Made by a program: the position numbers and the translations under genes. This document shows, piece by piece, positions 51,591-64,000 of a DNA stretch of 64,000 nt. The stretch covers positions 1,028,737-1,092,736 of the forward strand of contig NMRA01000017.1 in assembly GCA_002633005.1 (NCBI GenBank), in the 5' to 3' direction. Below the pieces are notes generated by a model that was given only the letters and a program-made list of their open reading frames with translations, did no database searches and had not been told where the DNA came from. Every line of letters starts with the position of its first letter. Position 1 is the stretch's first letter. The DNA is from Phoronis australis (taxonomy: Eukaryota > Animalia > Phoronida).

Positions 51591-54500
51591 TCATATTTTA
51601 TTTGGGAATGTCGAGAGGAAACTGTGTCCAAATTTCTCCTTTCTAATCTTTGCGTCAAGTTGGTCCATCGCCTCTGCCACTCGCTTCATTGAATTCCTGG
51701 AAGACGGGTGTATATCATGAATCTTGGACTGGTAAAATAATTTCGACACTTTGGGCTTAGAGGAGGTAACTTGTCAGCAAAATGGCTTAGAATTTTGCCG
51801 ATGGTAGTAAATCATAGGTGTCATTCACACGCAACAGAACTTGAAATTAGCAGCCAAAGTCGGTGAAAGCATATCTTTGTGAACCCCCTGCTCTTAGGCA
51901 TACAACTGTCCCCTTGAAGTGTGAAACTTAACACAGCTGAACTACAGGTATATGGACCTGGCTGAGAAGATCATTGTTTAAGTACTCTCTCTGTATACTG
52001 AACAGACCAGCATGGAATGGAGGTCAACAGTTTCATAAATATAGACAAACTACCAAAGCAGCTTAGATGGCACTACTTTTCTGTCATGACAATAACTTGA
52101 ATATACTCAGCCTGTCTAGTAACACAAAATAAGTTGTTATACCGACTCAGACATCTTTTCTGATTAAACATCTGAAAATGGTTGACAATCTATTGAAACC
52201 TGTTATAGTTCTTGTATTCAAACAATTCTGTATTCAATCAGGTGTCACGAATATAAATAGCGAGATGTGACAAGAAATAATGCCTACTTGCTATCTCGCC
52301 ACCTTCTATACCCAAATCACCTGTTAAATACCTTCTTGACGAGAGATCATGCAAGCTTGCTATTCGGCCCCTTCATTACCTGACTCACCTGTTGAATACC
52401 TTCCTGACAAAAGATCATGCCAGCTTCAGTACCTATCTGGCACCTTTCCTTACACTACTCACCTGTTCAATACCTTCTTGACCAGAGATAATGCCAGCTT
52501 GCTCTCTTGCCACCTTTTCTTCCCGACTTGCCTGTTTAATATCTTCTTCACAAGAGATTATGCCAGCTTGCTATTTGGCCACTTTCTCTACCCCAACTCA
52601 CCTGTTGAATACCTTCTTCTCCAGTCGGTGCCTCGATGTGTTGGTCTTCTCCCTCAGGTCAGTCAGGTTGGGGTGCTTCCTCTGTTTCCCCTTACCTTTA
52701 CCCTTGCCCTTTTTGCCCAGGGTGAGGTCATGACCCGTCTCAGCCTGAATATCGCGGAGGAACTCTGGGTCTTGCCAATCTACAAAGAGTATACAAGTCT
52801 GATTCTACTTGACGAGTACTCATGAAGAAAATTGCATCAAGGAATGCGAAGAACATTTTATTGGTTTTAAAGTGAAGATACCATACTTTTTCACTGATGA
52901 ATAGTACCAGGTTTTATGTTCAGATTGCTTACTCGAAGTAATGTAAACTTAAGTGCACCAGACCACCATTACCAAAGAAAAAAGTTGAAGTGGCACTTCA
53001 CAGTTTCTAATAATAATAATTAGAGAATGTCATAAAGCAGAAAAGAGGAGCTCGTAATAACAATGCAATGGTAGAAAAACCCGACACATGTGAGCAAACA
53101 AAGAAACTAGAGAGCAGAAGACTTGACGAACTTAGCAGAGCTCCTGTCAGTTACCCACCTTGTAATTGCTTCTTCTCTTTTTCCAACGCTTCCTCCAAGT
53201 CTTTCTGTGAAGTGGGCACACCCTTCTCATCTCTAGGAATGATCTTGCCATGGAAAGGACACTAAAAGTAACAGTTAAACAATCATGATTTTAAATACTA
53301 AAGTTTAAATTAAAGTGTCAAGAAACACAATTTTATCGTATAACCCTGGCATTCAATCAGCCCATAAACTGTGACATCTGTAATCACTGTGTTGTGTTTT
53401 TATCATTAAATTGAGAGACACGTAGTGAACTACCCAATCACACAACTTAACAATTATTGAAACCTTCACAAAATCATTTTTAGTGAAAATCAGTGAAATT
53501 AATTTGATTTTATAATTTGTTTCATGCAGAAAAAGGTGTAAGAAAGATGGCAGACTGGCAACAAGATGTACTATGGCAACTATGTAGGCAGACACCTAAA
53601 TAAGGGATATTAGATTTAAACATGGGATATGGGATATTACATTTAAATATTGGATATTATATTTTCTTGCTGGGCACCACAGACATACCAACATCTACTG
53701 AGAGCTAATACAGAAAATGTTTATCAGATAATGATTATTCTCAGTTATTTCAGCCAACCATCAGTCCGCACATTCTCTGTCAGAGACAGTAACATACCTT
53801 CACACGGTCCATTCTCTGACACAGAGTGCCATTGGACAGTGGCGCTCGACACTTCCACTTGACTGGTTCAAATGTACCACTGAACTCTATAGCACGGGCA
53901 TGAAGCATATCAATAGTGCCCTGCAAAATGAATACTTGCTATAGAACGCATGCTGCAATATGAACGCTTCCCATAGACCAACCCTACAACATGAACGCAC
54001 CCAAGACTCAACTTATATTTCCCAGCAAATGCAAATATGCCTTCTGAGCAATTCCAGTTAGTAGTCAGTACACCCAATAAGTCTTAGTACTATATATGCC
54101 ATATTTTTGTTGGACTTGTAATGGACAAATGTATTTACAAATAAAACCTTACATTAATTACATACATCAAGACTGACATGGGTCTCCACACCATATATTG
54201 CAATTTTAATGACTAAAAGCAAATTGTGGTTGCTGCACAAAAATTGACCCATATTAAGTTTACTAGTTTTAACTTTGGCCAGACGTCAGTTGCGATAAAG
54301 TTTAATCAATTTAAAATACAATATGGCGGAACACTGGAAGTTCGTGAAAAAATTTCAATGAAAAGAAGCAGGAAGAGAACTTTACTTCATTATTCGCACA
54401 TTGATAGTGTACATTTGTCATCATCAAACAACTGATCATAAGAATTTGAGCATTGTGAGCTATTGAAAAATGAAAAACGACTATTTTGGTAATTACGATT

Positions 54501-57500
54501 GTTCGAATTTCAGGAAATTTTACCATTATAATGTTTACTAATTGTAAATGGGCAAAGAAACATTACATCAAGACACATATTAATGATATCAACAAATTGT
54601 CATAAAGCAAACCACTGTACAGTTGACATGTTTTCTTACCTTTGCACTGATCTCCTTTGATTCTGTTGGCTGCCAAAATCTATGTAATGACTCAAACCTG
54701 GTAAAAGAGGTTACATCAAAATGAACTGAAACATATGCGATTATTTCACATTCAAAGCACGTAATTATGACAATAGAAAAATTCAACAAATGATGTGCAA
54801 TATCTCATGCGAAATGTGCTTACTTTTTATCAACATCACCTATGAAGAATTGTCAAAGAATTTATCAACTTTAGCAGGTACAATATTATCAACAGACAAT
54901 ACAAGAAAGTTAATACTGTTTCTGTAATTATCAAGTCCAAAAACCAAGAATCAAGGAAAGCGTAAACTCCAGAAACAAAACAAACCTCATCAAGCAACAA
55001 TTTGCTTCAATGCATGTTTCATTCAAAGCACAATGAGTGTTGTCCATAATCACCATGGTCCACTACTCACTTGACAACGCTCGGTAGCTCCACCTTCTGG
55101 CCCCAGTTCAACAGGTCAACACCAAACTCCACGACAGGTGCCCTCTTTAAAAGGTCATCTCGTCGACTCGTAGCAGCCCCTGATGTAGAGGGTACACTGT
55201 CGTCTTTGGCCATGCTTTCTTCTGACCTGAAGATAACAAAACAACTCATAAAGCAATATCTTTAACTAGACATCCCAATCAACAAAGAACAGACCACACA
55301 TATGCACTCAATATGAAAAAAGCTTCCTGTTGTTTTGATACAGTACTTGGTACACAAAGAGACTAACACACATTACATCCATCACACATACTATGTTAAT
55401 TCCTCTCATGTGTACCTGATGATGTATTGTTATTAGGTTCTGGTACATGTCGCTCATATTGCATTACGTTACGTGATATATATGTTTCTCAAGTTTCATC
55501 CGATGATGTCAAGCAGCTGCCATATAAACAGGAAGTCTACATGAAGTTTAAAATGATTGTCTTAAAGATACAACTTGTACATTTGGACCACTCAGCAAGT
55601 CAAGACCACTGTGTAGTTTTTCATAATTATGTTATTTGATATATGCTGCTTAAGAGATGAATAGTATACAATGTACCTTTGTAGCTCACTAATCATTTTC
55701 GAAAACCCGCTTACTTATTGCTTTGGAGCAGTTACATATGACCTTCAGTCAGCTGTTTTGCACAAAACCACGGGCTTCCACTTCACATACGCCACAAAGC
55801 TACCTTGTGTATATTAGCCAAGTGTGAAGAGCAAAATGTCACTACTGGTCTTGTTTTTTGCCTGAATAATGGTTTCCAGCATCTAATTATAGTAGACGCT
55901 ACCTCGCTTTGTCATGACTCTGTAGTATCTTCCTCAATTTATTCATATTTGAAGCAAAAGTTGTGGGATCCATGGTATCATCTTCAGCTTTCTTTGACGA
56001 ACTTGTCACAGCGTCATTTGGTCCTGTGTAAGACAAATTCACTGACTAGTTATCATATAGGTTCATCAAATAATTCTTCGACCACTCGTGCAAGAGATCA
56101 TTTTACATGCTGTTCGTTTTTAGAATGTTTGAAAGTTCACCTTACAAGAAAAATCATTACAACTGAGATATGAGCCTAAACAAGAAAAGCAACTACATAA
56201 TACCAGAGTTTTAACTTACCATAAAACCGTGACTGAAAAACGAAAAACAAGCTGGCAGTTAATTGAAATCATCAAGCTGTATCACAGCCCAATAACTGCT
56301 GTACAATGACAGCCCAATAACTGCTATACAATAACAGTCCAATAACTGCTGTACAATAACAGCCCAATAACTGTTGTACAATAACAGCCCAATAACTGCT
56401 GTACAATAACAGCCCAATAACTGCTGTACAATAACAGCCCAATAACTGCTGTACAATAAACCAATTGCTGGCATTTCACCACTATGAAGGTAAACTTACC
56501 TAGGTCAAGCTTGAGGTATTCTGGGATATCTTCCTCATATCCTTCCTTCTCAGGGACATCTTCAAATCCGTCCTCCTCCTCACCTCCATCATCTAGAACA
56601 TTGCATAGTATAGTGGCTGGGTGATTGGAGAATGGGAAACATGTGATAATGCTTTTGCTTACCTCATGGGAAAGGGGTCTGGTCCTTCTGAAAGGTGACT
56701 AATTGTCTTACGAGGAAAATGTATCCTAACTATTCCACTGTGAACTTTGCAAAAACAAATCTTTTGTGAAGTTACGTGTTCGATTGTCTTGAAATTAATT
56801 GAAACCCAGATTGGAAGTAGAAGAGGGAATTGCGTCGTCCAATGAAGGTAATTCTGTGTGATTTTAAATATACTTTCAGAGAGGAATGAGGTCAATATCT
56901 GACCCCACAACAGAAGCAATGATAGTCCTCCGTAAATTAGAGACAACAGATCCCACATCAATTCCCTAGCATCAACACAGTTTAGATAACAGTGACAAAA
57001 AGACATGTAGACATGGTAATGAGGCAAAAGTGACCAAGCAAATAATCCATTTAGTTTGGAATGCAATTTAGTTTAAAATATGTCCAACTCATTTCATGAC
57101 ATATATCACTTAACCTGCAAAGAGACACTGCATGATAACTGGTTGGAACCACTTGTGTATAAAACATCATTCAAGTATTATGGAGAATGGATGTCAGATC
57201 GTATTCTTTAATCATTTAGACATCTTGTTCTCTACTGTACACCACCATACCTACCCTCCAAGTCAGTGTTCTTAGGTTCCCTTTGCTTCCAATTAATTTT
57301 CATGTCATCATATTTAAGCCTGGCAGATTCAAGGGATCGTTTAATATCTATACACTGCATCACTTTGTCTTGGGACCCAGAGTTCTTTGAAAGGATCTAC
57401 AACAGAATGGTATTTATTTCGTTAGCCATTCCCAATGTAGCAGTGACAATGAAATATGCCTTGTTGCAACACAAGAAAACAAATAACAAGCGCCTTAAAT

Positions 57501-60500
57501 TAGTGAAAAAATGTCATATTTACAACACTGTATACTATACACAGTGTCCAGATGTTTCATTTCACAAAACTCAAAACATTGTCTGTGGGAAACCACACAC
57601 CTTAAAGGTGAACACAGCAGTATAATAAAACTCTAGAATGACAGACACAAAATGAAAAGAGGACGAAAATTGGTGGGAATCAGGGCCAGAATTGTAACTT
57701 GATGGAAGTACTAGCTGTTATTCAAAGAGAGGAAGACTTTAGAACCAAAGATGTGTAGGCTTGGGTGGTACAGCCTTCCTTTCTTTGAATAACAATTGTA
57801 CTTCCACTAGGTAACAACTCCGGCCCTGACTCGTGCTGATTTTATGTTTCCTGTCCCCACGTTCATTTTGAGTCTGTCATTTCAGTGTTTAATTGTTTTC
57901 CAGCGTTCATCTTTCAGTTGAGTGGTTTCCCACTGATGACGTTTTGAGTTACCAAACAAAGTCCCTAGTATACAGTACTGTGTTGAAAATATGACATTAT
58001 ATTTGTTTTCATGTATTAATTTTAGCCAAAACCATCACTCGATAGCAACATAGTAGTTGGTGGACAGCTTTTTGCATGGAGGTTTAAAAGAAGTGAAATT
58101 TTCAAACATTTCTCATAAATTCTTTGAGACTATCACACTACCAAACTGCCAATTCTGCACTAGAACATTAAAATTATTCATACGGAAATGTCCAACATCT
58201 CAAAAACTCTACATGAAAGATTTTCGTTCGTCCCTGTCAGCTCAGCCTGTCCTGCACATCAGAATTAGAAACTGGGTCAAGCAAATAATATTTCTTTGCT
58301 CTCACACCGTCAAATTTTCCCCATTATGAAATAATTCACAAAAAACTAACACCATCTGCTGCAGTCAATACGCAAGTGAAACATTTTTACTTTGCTTGAG
58401 AATGACTGCATTCAGAAATATTAGTTAGTCAATTAACAACAACATTAACCAGTAGTCAGGAGCCTGTTTCACTGAAATGTCATAACTTCAAGATGTTTTT
58501 ACACAGAGTCTGAAAGAAGACTTGTGCCAAAACTTGTGACTGGTCGTAAATCTCTGTTTATGTTCTGTAAAAAATATGTCGCTAAGTCGCATCTTAGTGA
58601 AACAGCACCTGATGCTCCAAGTGAGGATTTGTCTATCAAATGGAGATAAATTTGCCAAAACAAAGTTGATGCACCAGTTAATGAAATCAGTAGCTCTTGA
58701 CATTGCCAACGTTAAGCACAATTGCCACCATTTCTTACCTCCAGCCATGAGAGAACAGCTGGTAGGAACCTGCCAGTGATCAGCCTATGCTGGTCTCTCA
58801 AGTTCCTCAGAATGTCAGTGTTGTCATCTGATTCCTTGATCACAAACTCGTCAGTATCCAAGGTGATACTCAAATTATAGTTGCGGCTCCCCAAACCATG
58901 TGCACGCACAAACTCTTCTTCGTCACCGTCACTGTCATCAGATACCGCACTATCCACTGTTTCAAGGTGCTCTGACTGACTATAAGATGCACCACTTTTC
59001 CCTGAATCGCACACTCCCAATTCAGATTCACCACCATCACTCACGCCTAATGTTTTACTATCACTGTGCCCTGATATACAATCGTCTTTAGAGTCTTTGA
59101 CTATAGCAGCACCTGTTGTGCTTGCCGAGCACATGTCCACATTACCAGATGCACAGGTAGAGGTTGAATATTGCACTACTGCTATACAGGAAGTGACATC
59201 ACTTCCAGTTGAACATGATTCATCAGCATGAGTCACCATGCTAGTTGTTACAGTTTGATCACTATTATCTGAACTGTTTGCACAACTAGGCTTTAATAAA
59301 CTTGAAGAGTGTGTCTTACTGACACTTCCTTCCTCATTCTGTTCATCCTCACCAGAATCTTCTAAACTGTTGCCAGAGTCATGCACTTCAAAGTCATCAG
59401 CGTCTGGCAACAGCAGCCTGAAGCAGGCATCCAGTTCATTCAGACAGTTCAGAATTTCAGGAGCCATGTCTGCAATATGCACCAAAAGACTTTTATGATG
59501 AATAAGCAGAAAACGGTTATAAAAAACGAACTAATTGAGGACATTGAAATGTGGTTTGAACATGATAGAAAGTTTGTATTGCAATGCTAAATCACGAGAC
59601 ACTTGAATGTATACCAGGGGCTTACTTCAGAAATAATAAGTTATCGCACCTTTTACAAGTCTGTTACTAACAATTCTAAAGATACTGCGGCCACAGTTCT
59701 TTGATAAATCAAAGTCTCAGTTATTAACCACATATTGCAAAACCAATTTTATAAGAGTAAAAAGCTAAATAATTTTTTTCTTTTCAGCTAGAGAAATTGA
59801 GAGACAAAATTTCGTTACCATTATTGTGCAAAACATATTGTTTTTTCCAACTTAAGCCAAATCTGAACTTACATAATTTTCAGAAACAGAGCACATGCTC
59901 CCAATTGACAAATTGTCAAATGCAGTGGGTTTACAAATCTTTATCGCAACAGTAACCATCGATGACATGTTCATGGAGCCCAGCAATGTATTCACCTACC
60001 GTTCATTTCCTTGTCAACTTTATTCAGTTTGGTCTGTCGCACAATCTGCTTCTTGCGTTCTTCTTCCTCCTGTCGTCGCTGTTCAGCCTGACTCTGGATT
60101 CGCATTTGTTGAAAATCCACCTAGAGGAGCAACGATATAGTAAAATAAAAAAATATGAAGAGAATATCAGTGCAAAATGCAAGTGTTTAACACTCAAATC
60201 CCAATTCAAATATTAAAACTTCAGTAGTTTTCAATGGCAATGAAATTGGTCTCAAGTTGAGCATTATTCAGATCAGAAGAGGGATTGATAAATAGCGACA
60301 AGTCGTTAGAGTTGAACAATGAAAACTCAATGATTTGGAAGTGCCAACAGTAACAACAACGCTGACCCTATCACAGTGACAGAACACTGAATGTTATCAC
60401 AAGTACAACACGGCTAATTTGGAACAATTCAAAGCACACTAATGACATGTGCTGAAAATAGAAATAAGAATGGTTTTGAAAGCCCAATGGGAACAATGGA

Positions 60501-63099
60501 CATTAGGTTCCAACTTTTAGACATAATGCAATTATTGCATGTGACCACAGGCAAGCTTATTTTAATGTCACGTGTCCTTAAGAAACTATGTTGTAAGATC
60601 AAAAAAGCAAAACTAGTTCTAGTCTCTGTTTTTTGAAAATTGAGTCATACAGTTGAGGTTTAATTTTTAGTAGCTCACTTCTTCAAAAAGAAGAGCGAAA
60701 CTGATGTGGGATCTGGTTACTCATCGTGTGGCAAATCCAACAGTCCCCGAGTCAGGGTAGGGACCAGAGCTAACAATGTTTTCTTGCCTAAAACATAAGT
60801 TGATTCAGAAAGCCACAGGTTTACCTTTTTGCAATTCTTGAGGAAGTTGTATCCCAGAGCCAGCTTCTTGTAACCATCAGCAAAAGTGTCATACCAGCCC
60901 TGGATGGCTCGTAATGCTTGACTTTTTAAGTTCTTGGCAACAAGCTTGGGTGGAGGTAGAGGATACTCAGGGTCAGTCTCTGAAAAGGGGAAATGAAACG
61001 GCGATGAAGGAAATGACTGGCAGACGAAAAATTAGCATTACACTGTACAACAATAAAAATTATTGGCCAAAATGACACAGCAATCCCCATCATGGAGACT
61101 GGGCATGAGGACAATTCCCCGTTATGACGGCAGAGTGTAAGCGACATTTAAGATCGGAGTAGCAGTCATGATGAGTCGAAGGGTCATTACCCATCACGAC
61201 GAGATGATGGCCTTCAGTCTGATTATTAAATGGCATGTATAGTATCTTACACAAAAGCTAATTTTTAGTAAACATAATTTAAAGAACACGATGGGCGGGA
61301 CATCAGCAACCTTACCACAAAAAAGTGTCTCCGCTGACCACAATTAACAGCCACAGGCTACAAACACCAGTAGTACAACCTAATGTGTCCACAGCATTCA
61401 TAGCTAACCAACAACCAGACTGATGATAAACATTATTGCTTTGCCCAAGGCAAAGACGAAAGGGAACACCCACTACAGAATTCAAAGCAAAGTTTATCTC
61501 ACCGACAGTCAATTCAAGGAAGTCCTGAAATTCTCCCACCAAGAGTTCCCTGAACTGGTGAGATCGCTTAAACAACTCCTCTATGACCTGAAAGGCAGAC
61601 AGTCGGATTTCAGCATGTTCCTCCTTCAACTGGGTCATGACCAAGTGATAGGTATGGCTTACATAGTCATCAGATCTCCTGCAAATAATCATAAGATCCA
61701 GGGTTATCTCGGGGCAGACTGCTTGATGCCTCGATTTTGGGGCAAAATACTGGTGCCATTTCCCTATCAAAAATATTAAAAGCTAACATGAAATTCTTCG
61801 CATTAGTCCCAAAAAATTCTCAAGTTTTTAAACGGTTTAAATGGTTTCTCAGGTTTGGTTACTTGAGACAATGTCAATGAGGGGTGGCAACTAGGTGTGC
61901 AGAATTGGTGCTGACCTGGAGGGGGGAGGGGTAATTTTCCTATCCACTAATTTGCCTATCAGATAGCACAGGCATCAATGTGGGCTAGGACCCTATGGAA
62001 AGACATTCTCCACACTAATTACAGTTCCTCTGGTGACTGTCTTTACTATCAGCGCAATGACAGGAAGTGAGGCAAACCTTTTGGTGGACATCTTGGTTTG
62101 GTGGGCATTCACTTCCTAATACAATGCCTGACTGTTCATTGAAGATAGTCTTTATTGGTCATTTGTCTTTACTAACTGGAGGTGAATGCTGGAAAATTTA
62201 CCTCAGTTTCTGTTGTTGCATGGACAGAAAATACAGGCCAAGGAAACATTCACCAATGCCAAAATTCCTCTCCAAGACAACCACAATTTAAGCAAAGGTA
62301 ACATTCATTTTCCTTTTGAGCAGATGTTTTTACTGTGGATATTCAGGTACATATAATGTAATCATGAAGACAGAACCTAATTAATGGGCAACACACATGA
62401 AGAACTTCTTGATACATGACAATAAGAAGGATTAATATTCAAGCACAGAGATCCATACATGTCCACCATTTTTATGTTACTACTGCAATTTTTCACATAT
62501 AAAAACAAAACAAATCATAGCAGCGACCTAGTCTTATGAACAAAGCATTCCCAGTCACCACCACTTTCATGATTACCAACCCCACCCCAACTCCTCTCAT
62601 CCTCGTTCCAAATCTCTGCAAATCATCCCCCACTGTCACAGTAAACTTGTGCAGATAAGTGTCCACACAGACTGAGAACAACTTAGAATTGTCTTTGCAA
62701 TAGCACAGGGGTTACAAAAACATGGAATTGTAGCATTACAGTGCAGCATTACAGTGCAGCACTATAAAAATGTCAAGAAACATAGCAAATATGTAAAAAG
62801 TAAAGCAGGTAACTACTTGTACATGAAAGGGAATAAATTGAGATATACTTTTCTTTTGTTTATTTTGGTAATAATTAAATCAGCATCATGCATGATCAAC
62901 ATAAAAACAATGAACATGATGCGACGTATCCAACAGGTTGATTAATCTTAGAAGTTTGGCAAATTAATATTCAAATCACCTACTTGCAAATCTTTTTGAC
63001 CTTTTTCATGACTTCTTGGTCCAGGCTTGACTGACCAGACGTAGTCAGTTGCTCTATCAAGCCGGATAACTGCATACACAGACCGTGGTCAAGAGACAT
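51591..63099 (-). CDS. UVSSA: UV-stimulated scaffold protein A (transcription-coupled repair), 792 aa, 14 coding exons: 62984-63099, 61503-61678, 60825-60979, 60000-60120, 58739-59469, 57255-57396, 56500-56592, 55903-56023, 55071-55226, 54640-54697, 53798-53920, 53159-53261, 52602-52779, 51591-51696
   Basis: In-phase GT-AG chain (2379 nt). VHS-like N-terminus [10 protein letters not shown]...KKICK...[29 protein letters not shown]...FLELT...PLPPP; acidic [11 protein letters not shown] motif; HRFW; zinc finger [29 protein letters not shown]; DWQDPE, Lys-rich stretch, [12 protein letters not shown]...KRVAEAMD. Confidence 0.95.
52270..52620 (-). repeat. ~70-bp tandem repeat x5 built from the end of UVSSA exon 13, its donor and the first intron bases
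   Basis: CACCTGTT(G/C/A)AATACCTTC recurs, with exon-end equivalents at 52602, 52532, 52463, 52389 and 52321; the intervening GAGAT(A/T/C)ATGCCAGCTTGCT is also conserved. Confidence 0.9.
56285..56459 (+). repeat. 25-bp minisatellite (CAGCCCAATAACTGCTGTACAATAA) x7
   Basis: Directly visible; copies start at 56285, 56310, 56335, 56360, 56385, 56410 and 56435. Confidence 0.95.
57470..58013. mobile_element. Long imperfect foldback (palindromic MITE-like element) in a UVSSA intron
   Basis: Arms pair along their length: AATGTCATATTTACAACAC/GTGTTGAAAATATGACATT, GTGGGAAACCAC/GTGGTTTCCCAC, ATGACAGACACAAAATGAA/TTCATTTTGAGTCTGTCAT, TCAGGGCC/GGCCCTGA, TGTTATTCAAAGAGAGGAAG/CTTCCTTTCTTTGAATAACA. Centre ~57755. 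Confidence 0.8.
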
Positions 63100-63559
63100 G
63101 CTGACCATTCGATGAAAGGACAGGTGAGTTATAGGTTCACAGATCACATTCACATGTGCATACTGGGGTGAATCTGAAATGAGACATTTGTAACAAGCCC
63201 ATTTTGAAATCTTAATACGGCAAAAATCACTCACCCACAGGCTCTTTGGTCAACAAGTTCAAATGCCAGACTCTGATGCCAAAGATCCAGGTCTCTACTG
63301 CACCAAGGCCATTTTTCATAACAGTGCAACTAAGTACTCACAACCAACCTATGTCACTTGCTAGTGCCCCAGGTGACAGGCTTGCAAGCTGAACACGATC
63401 TCCTTTCTACACACAGTAACTGAGTAACTCATATCAGCCACCAGAATAGCCAGCCAGCTAGCTGTATGAAGACTATTGTCAAAATAGAGAAAGGTACCAC
63501 TGAATGTTCATCGCCGACAGACCTCGAAATTGCTCACAACCAGGGTAGTTCTGCTCGTT

Positions 63560-63970
63560 ACCTCGCCGTGAAATTTGTATGAACATGTAGACCTAAATAC
63601 TGGCAGGGATGCATGCAAAATCTGGTAGTCTACCGACACTCACTTTGCCTGTTAGTCATTTAAGTGAAAAACAATCTAATGTACATCATTTTCATGAGTA
63701 ATTCACCACCTTTTGTAACAATGAAAAGTATGTCATCATTTTGGAAACAGTACGCACGTGACACGCACATCCGCCATTTTTTAAAATTCTGTGACATCTC
63801 TCAAGAGATGATGACAGCAGCAAAATTTGTTCTAGTACCAACATTCTAAAAATTTATAATGAAGTGCAACCAGTTCCAATAATTTGTTGTGATGGGTATT
63901 CAACCTCGTGAAAGAACAACAGTTGAATGAAGAATCTGGCAAAAAAAGAAACTGGCCAATAGGTGACGCA
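63560..63970 (-). promoter_or_regulatory. Probable UVSSA promoter / non-coding first exon region
   Basis: YY1-like AAAATGGCGG on the minus strand (63771-63780), E-box CACGTG (63755-63760), CCAAT near 63956, candidate donor GAG|GTAACG at ~63561. The ATG exon is preceded by CAG. Confidence 0.4.
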
Positions 63971-64000
63971 ATATTTCATGACGCTCAAAGCCGACGCAAA

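Noticed and set aside
52270-52620. CRISPR-like regular repeat with ~70-bp period
   Set aside because: The would-be spacers are homologous to each other, the repeat is a duplicated exon end, the context is eukaryotic and there are no cas genes.
52349-52825. 158-aa plus-strand ORF
   Set aside because: Antisense to a UVSSA exon and the 70-bp repeat; repetitive translation with no independent support.

Overview
AT-rich animal genomic DNA with spliceosomal GT-AG introns; a lophotrochozoan-type invertebrate is my inference from repeat types and protein divergence. I assembled four multi-exon genes by hand: (1) the last four exons of a CNNM-family Mg2+ transporter (+, stop at 10007); (2) a complete 15-exon, signal-peptide/GPI-type bilobed melanotransferrin-like gene (-, 35536->18373, 776 aa) with degenerate iron ligands in both lobes; (3) a complete 22-exon POLR2B/RPB2 (+, 36058->50249, 1176 aa), head-to-head with the transferrin gene (ATGs 521 bp apart); (4) a complete 14-coding-exon UVSSA (-, 63099->51591, 792 aa), tail-to-tail with POLR2B. 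Non-coding DNA holds a structurally complete Helentron-associated HINE-like element whose ~150-bp units each carry a CTCF-consensus-like motif, plus two relics of it, nested TIR elements, MITEs, a ~550-bp foldback and several minisatellites. There are also three independent cases of an exon end (two including the splice donor) duplicated into the following intron. Most ORFs in the supplied track are exon-plus-intron read-throughs or spurious. No CRISPR, rRNA or intact tRNA was seen. I did not find a clearly new biological system; the best leads are ranked in the findings.
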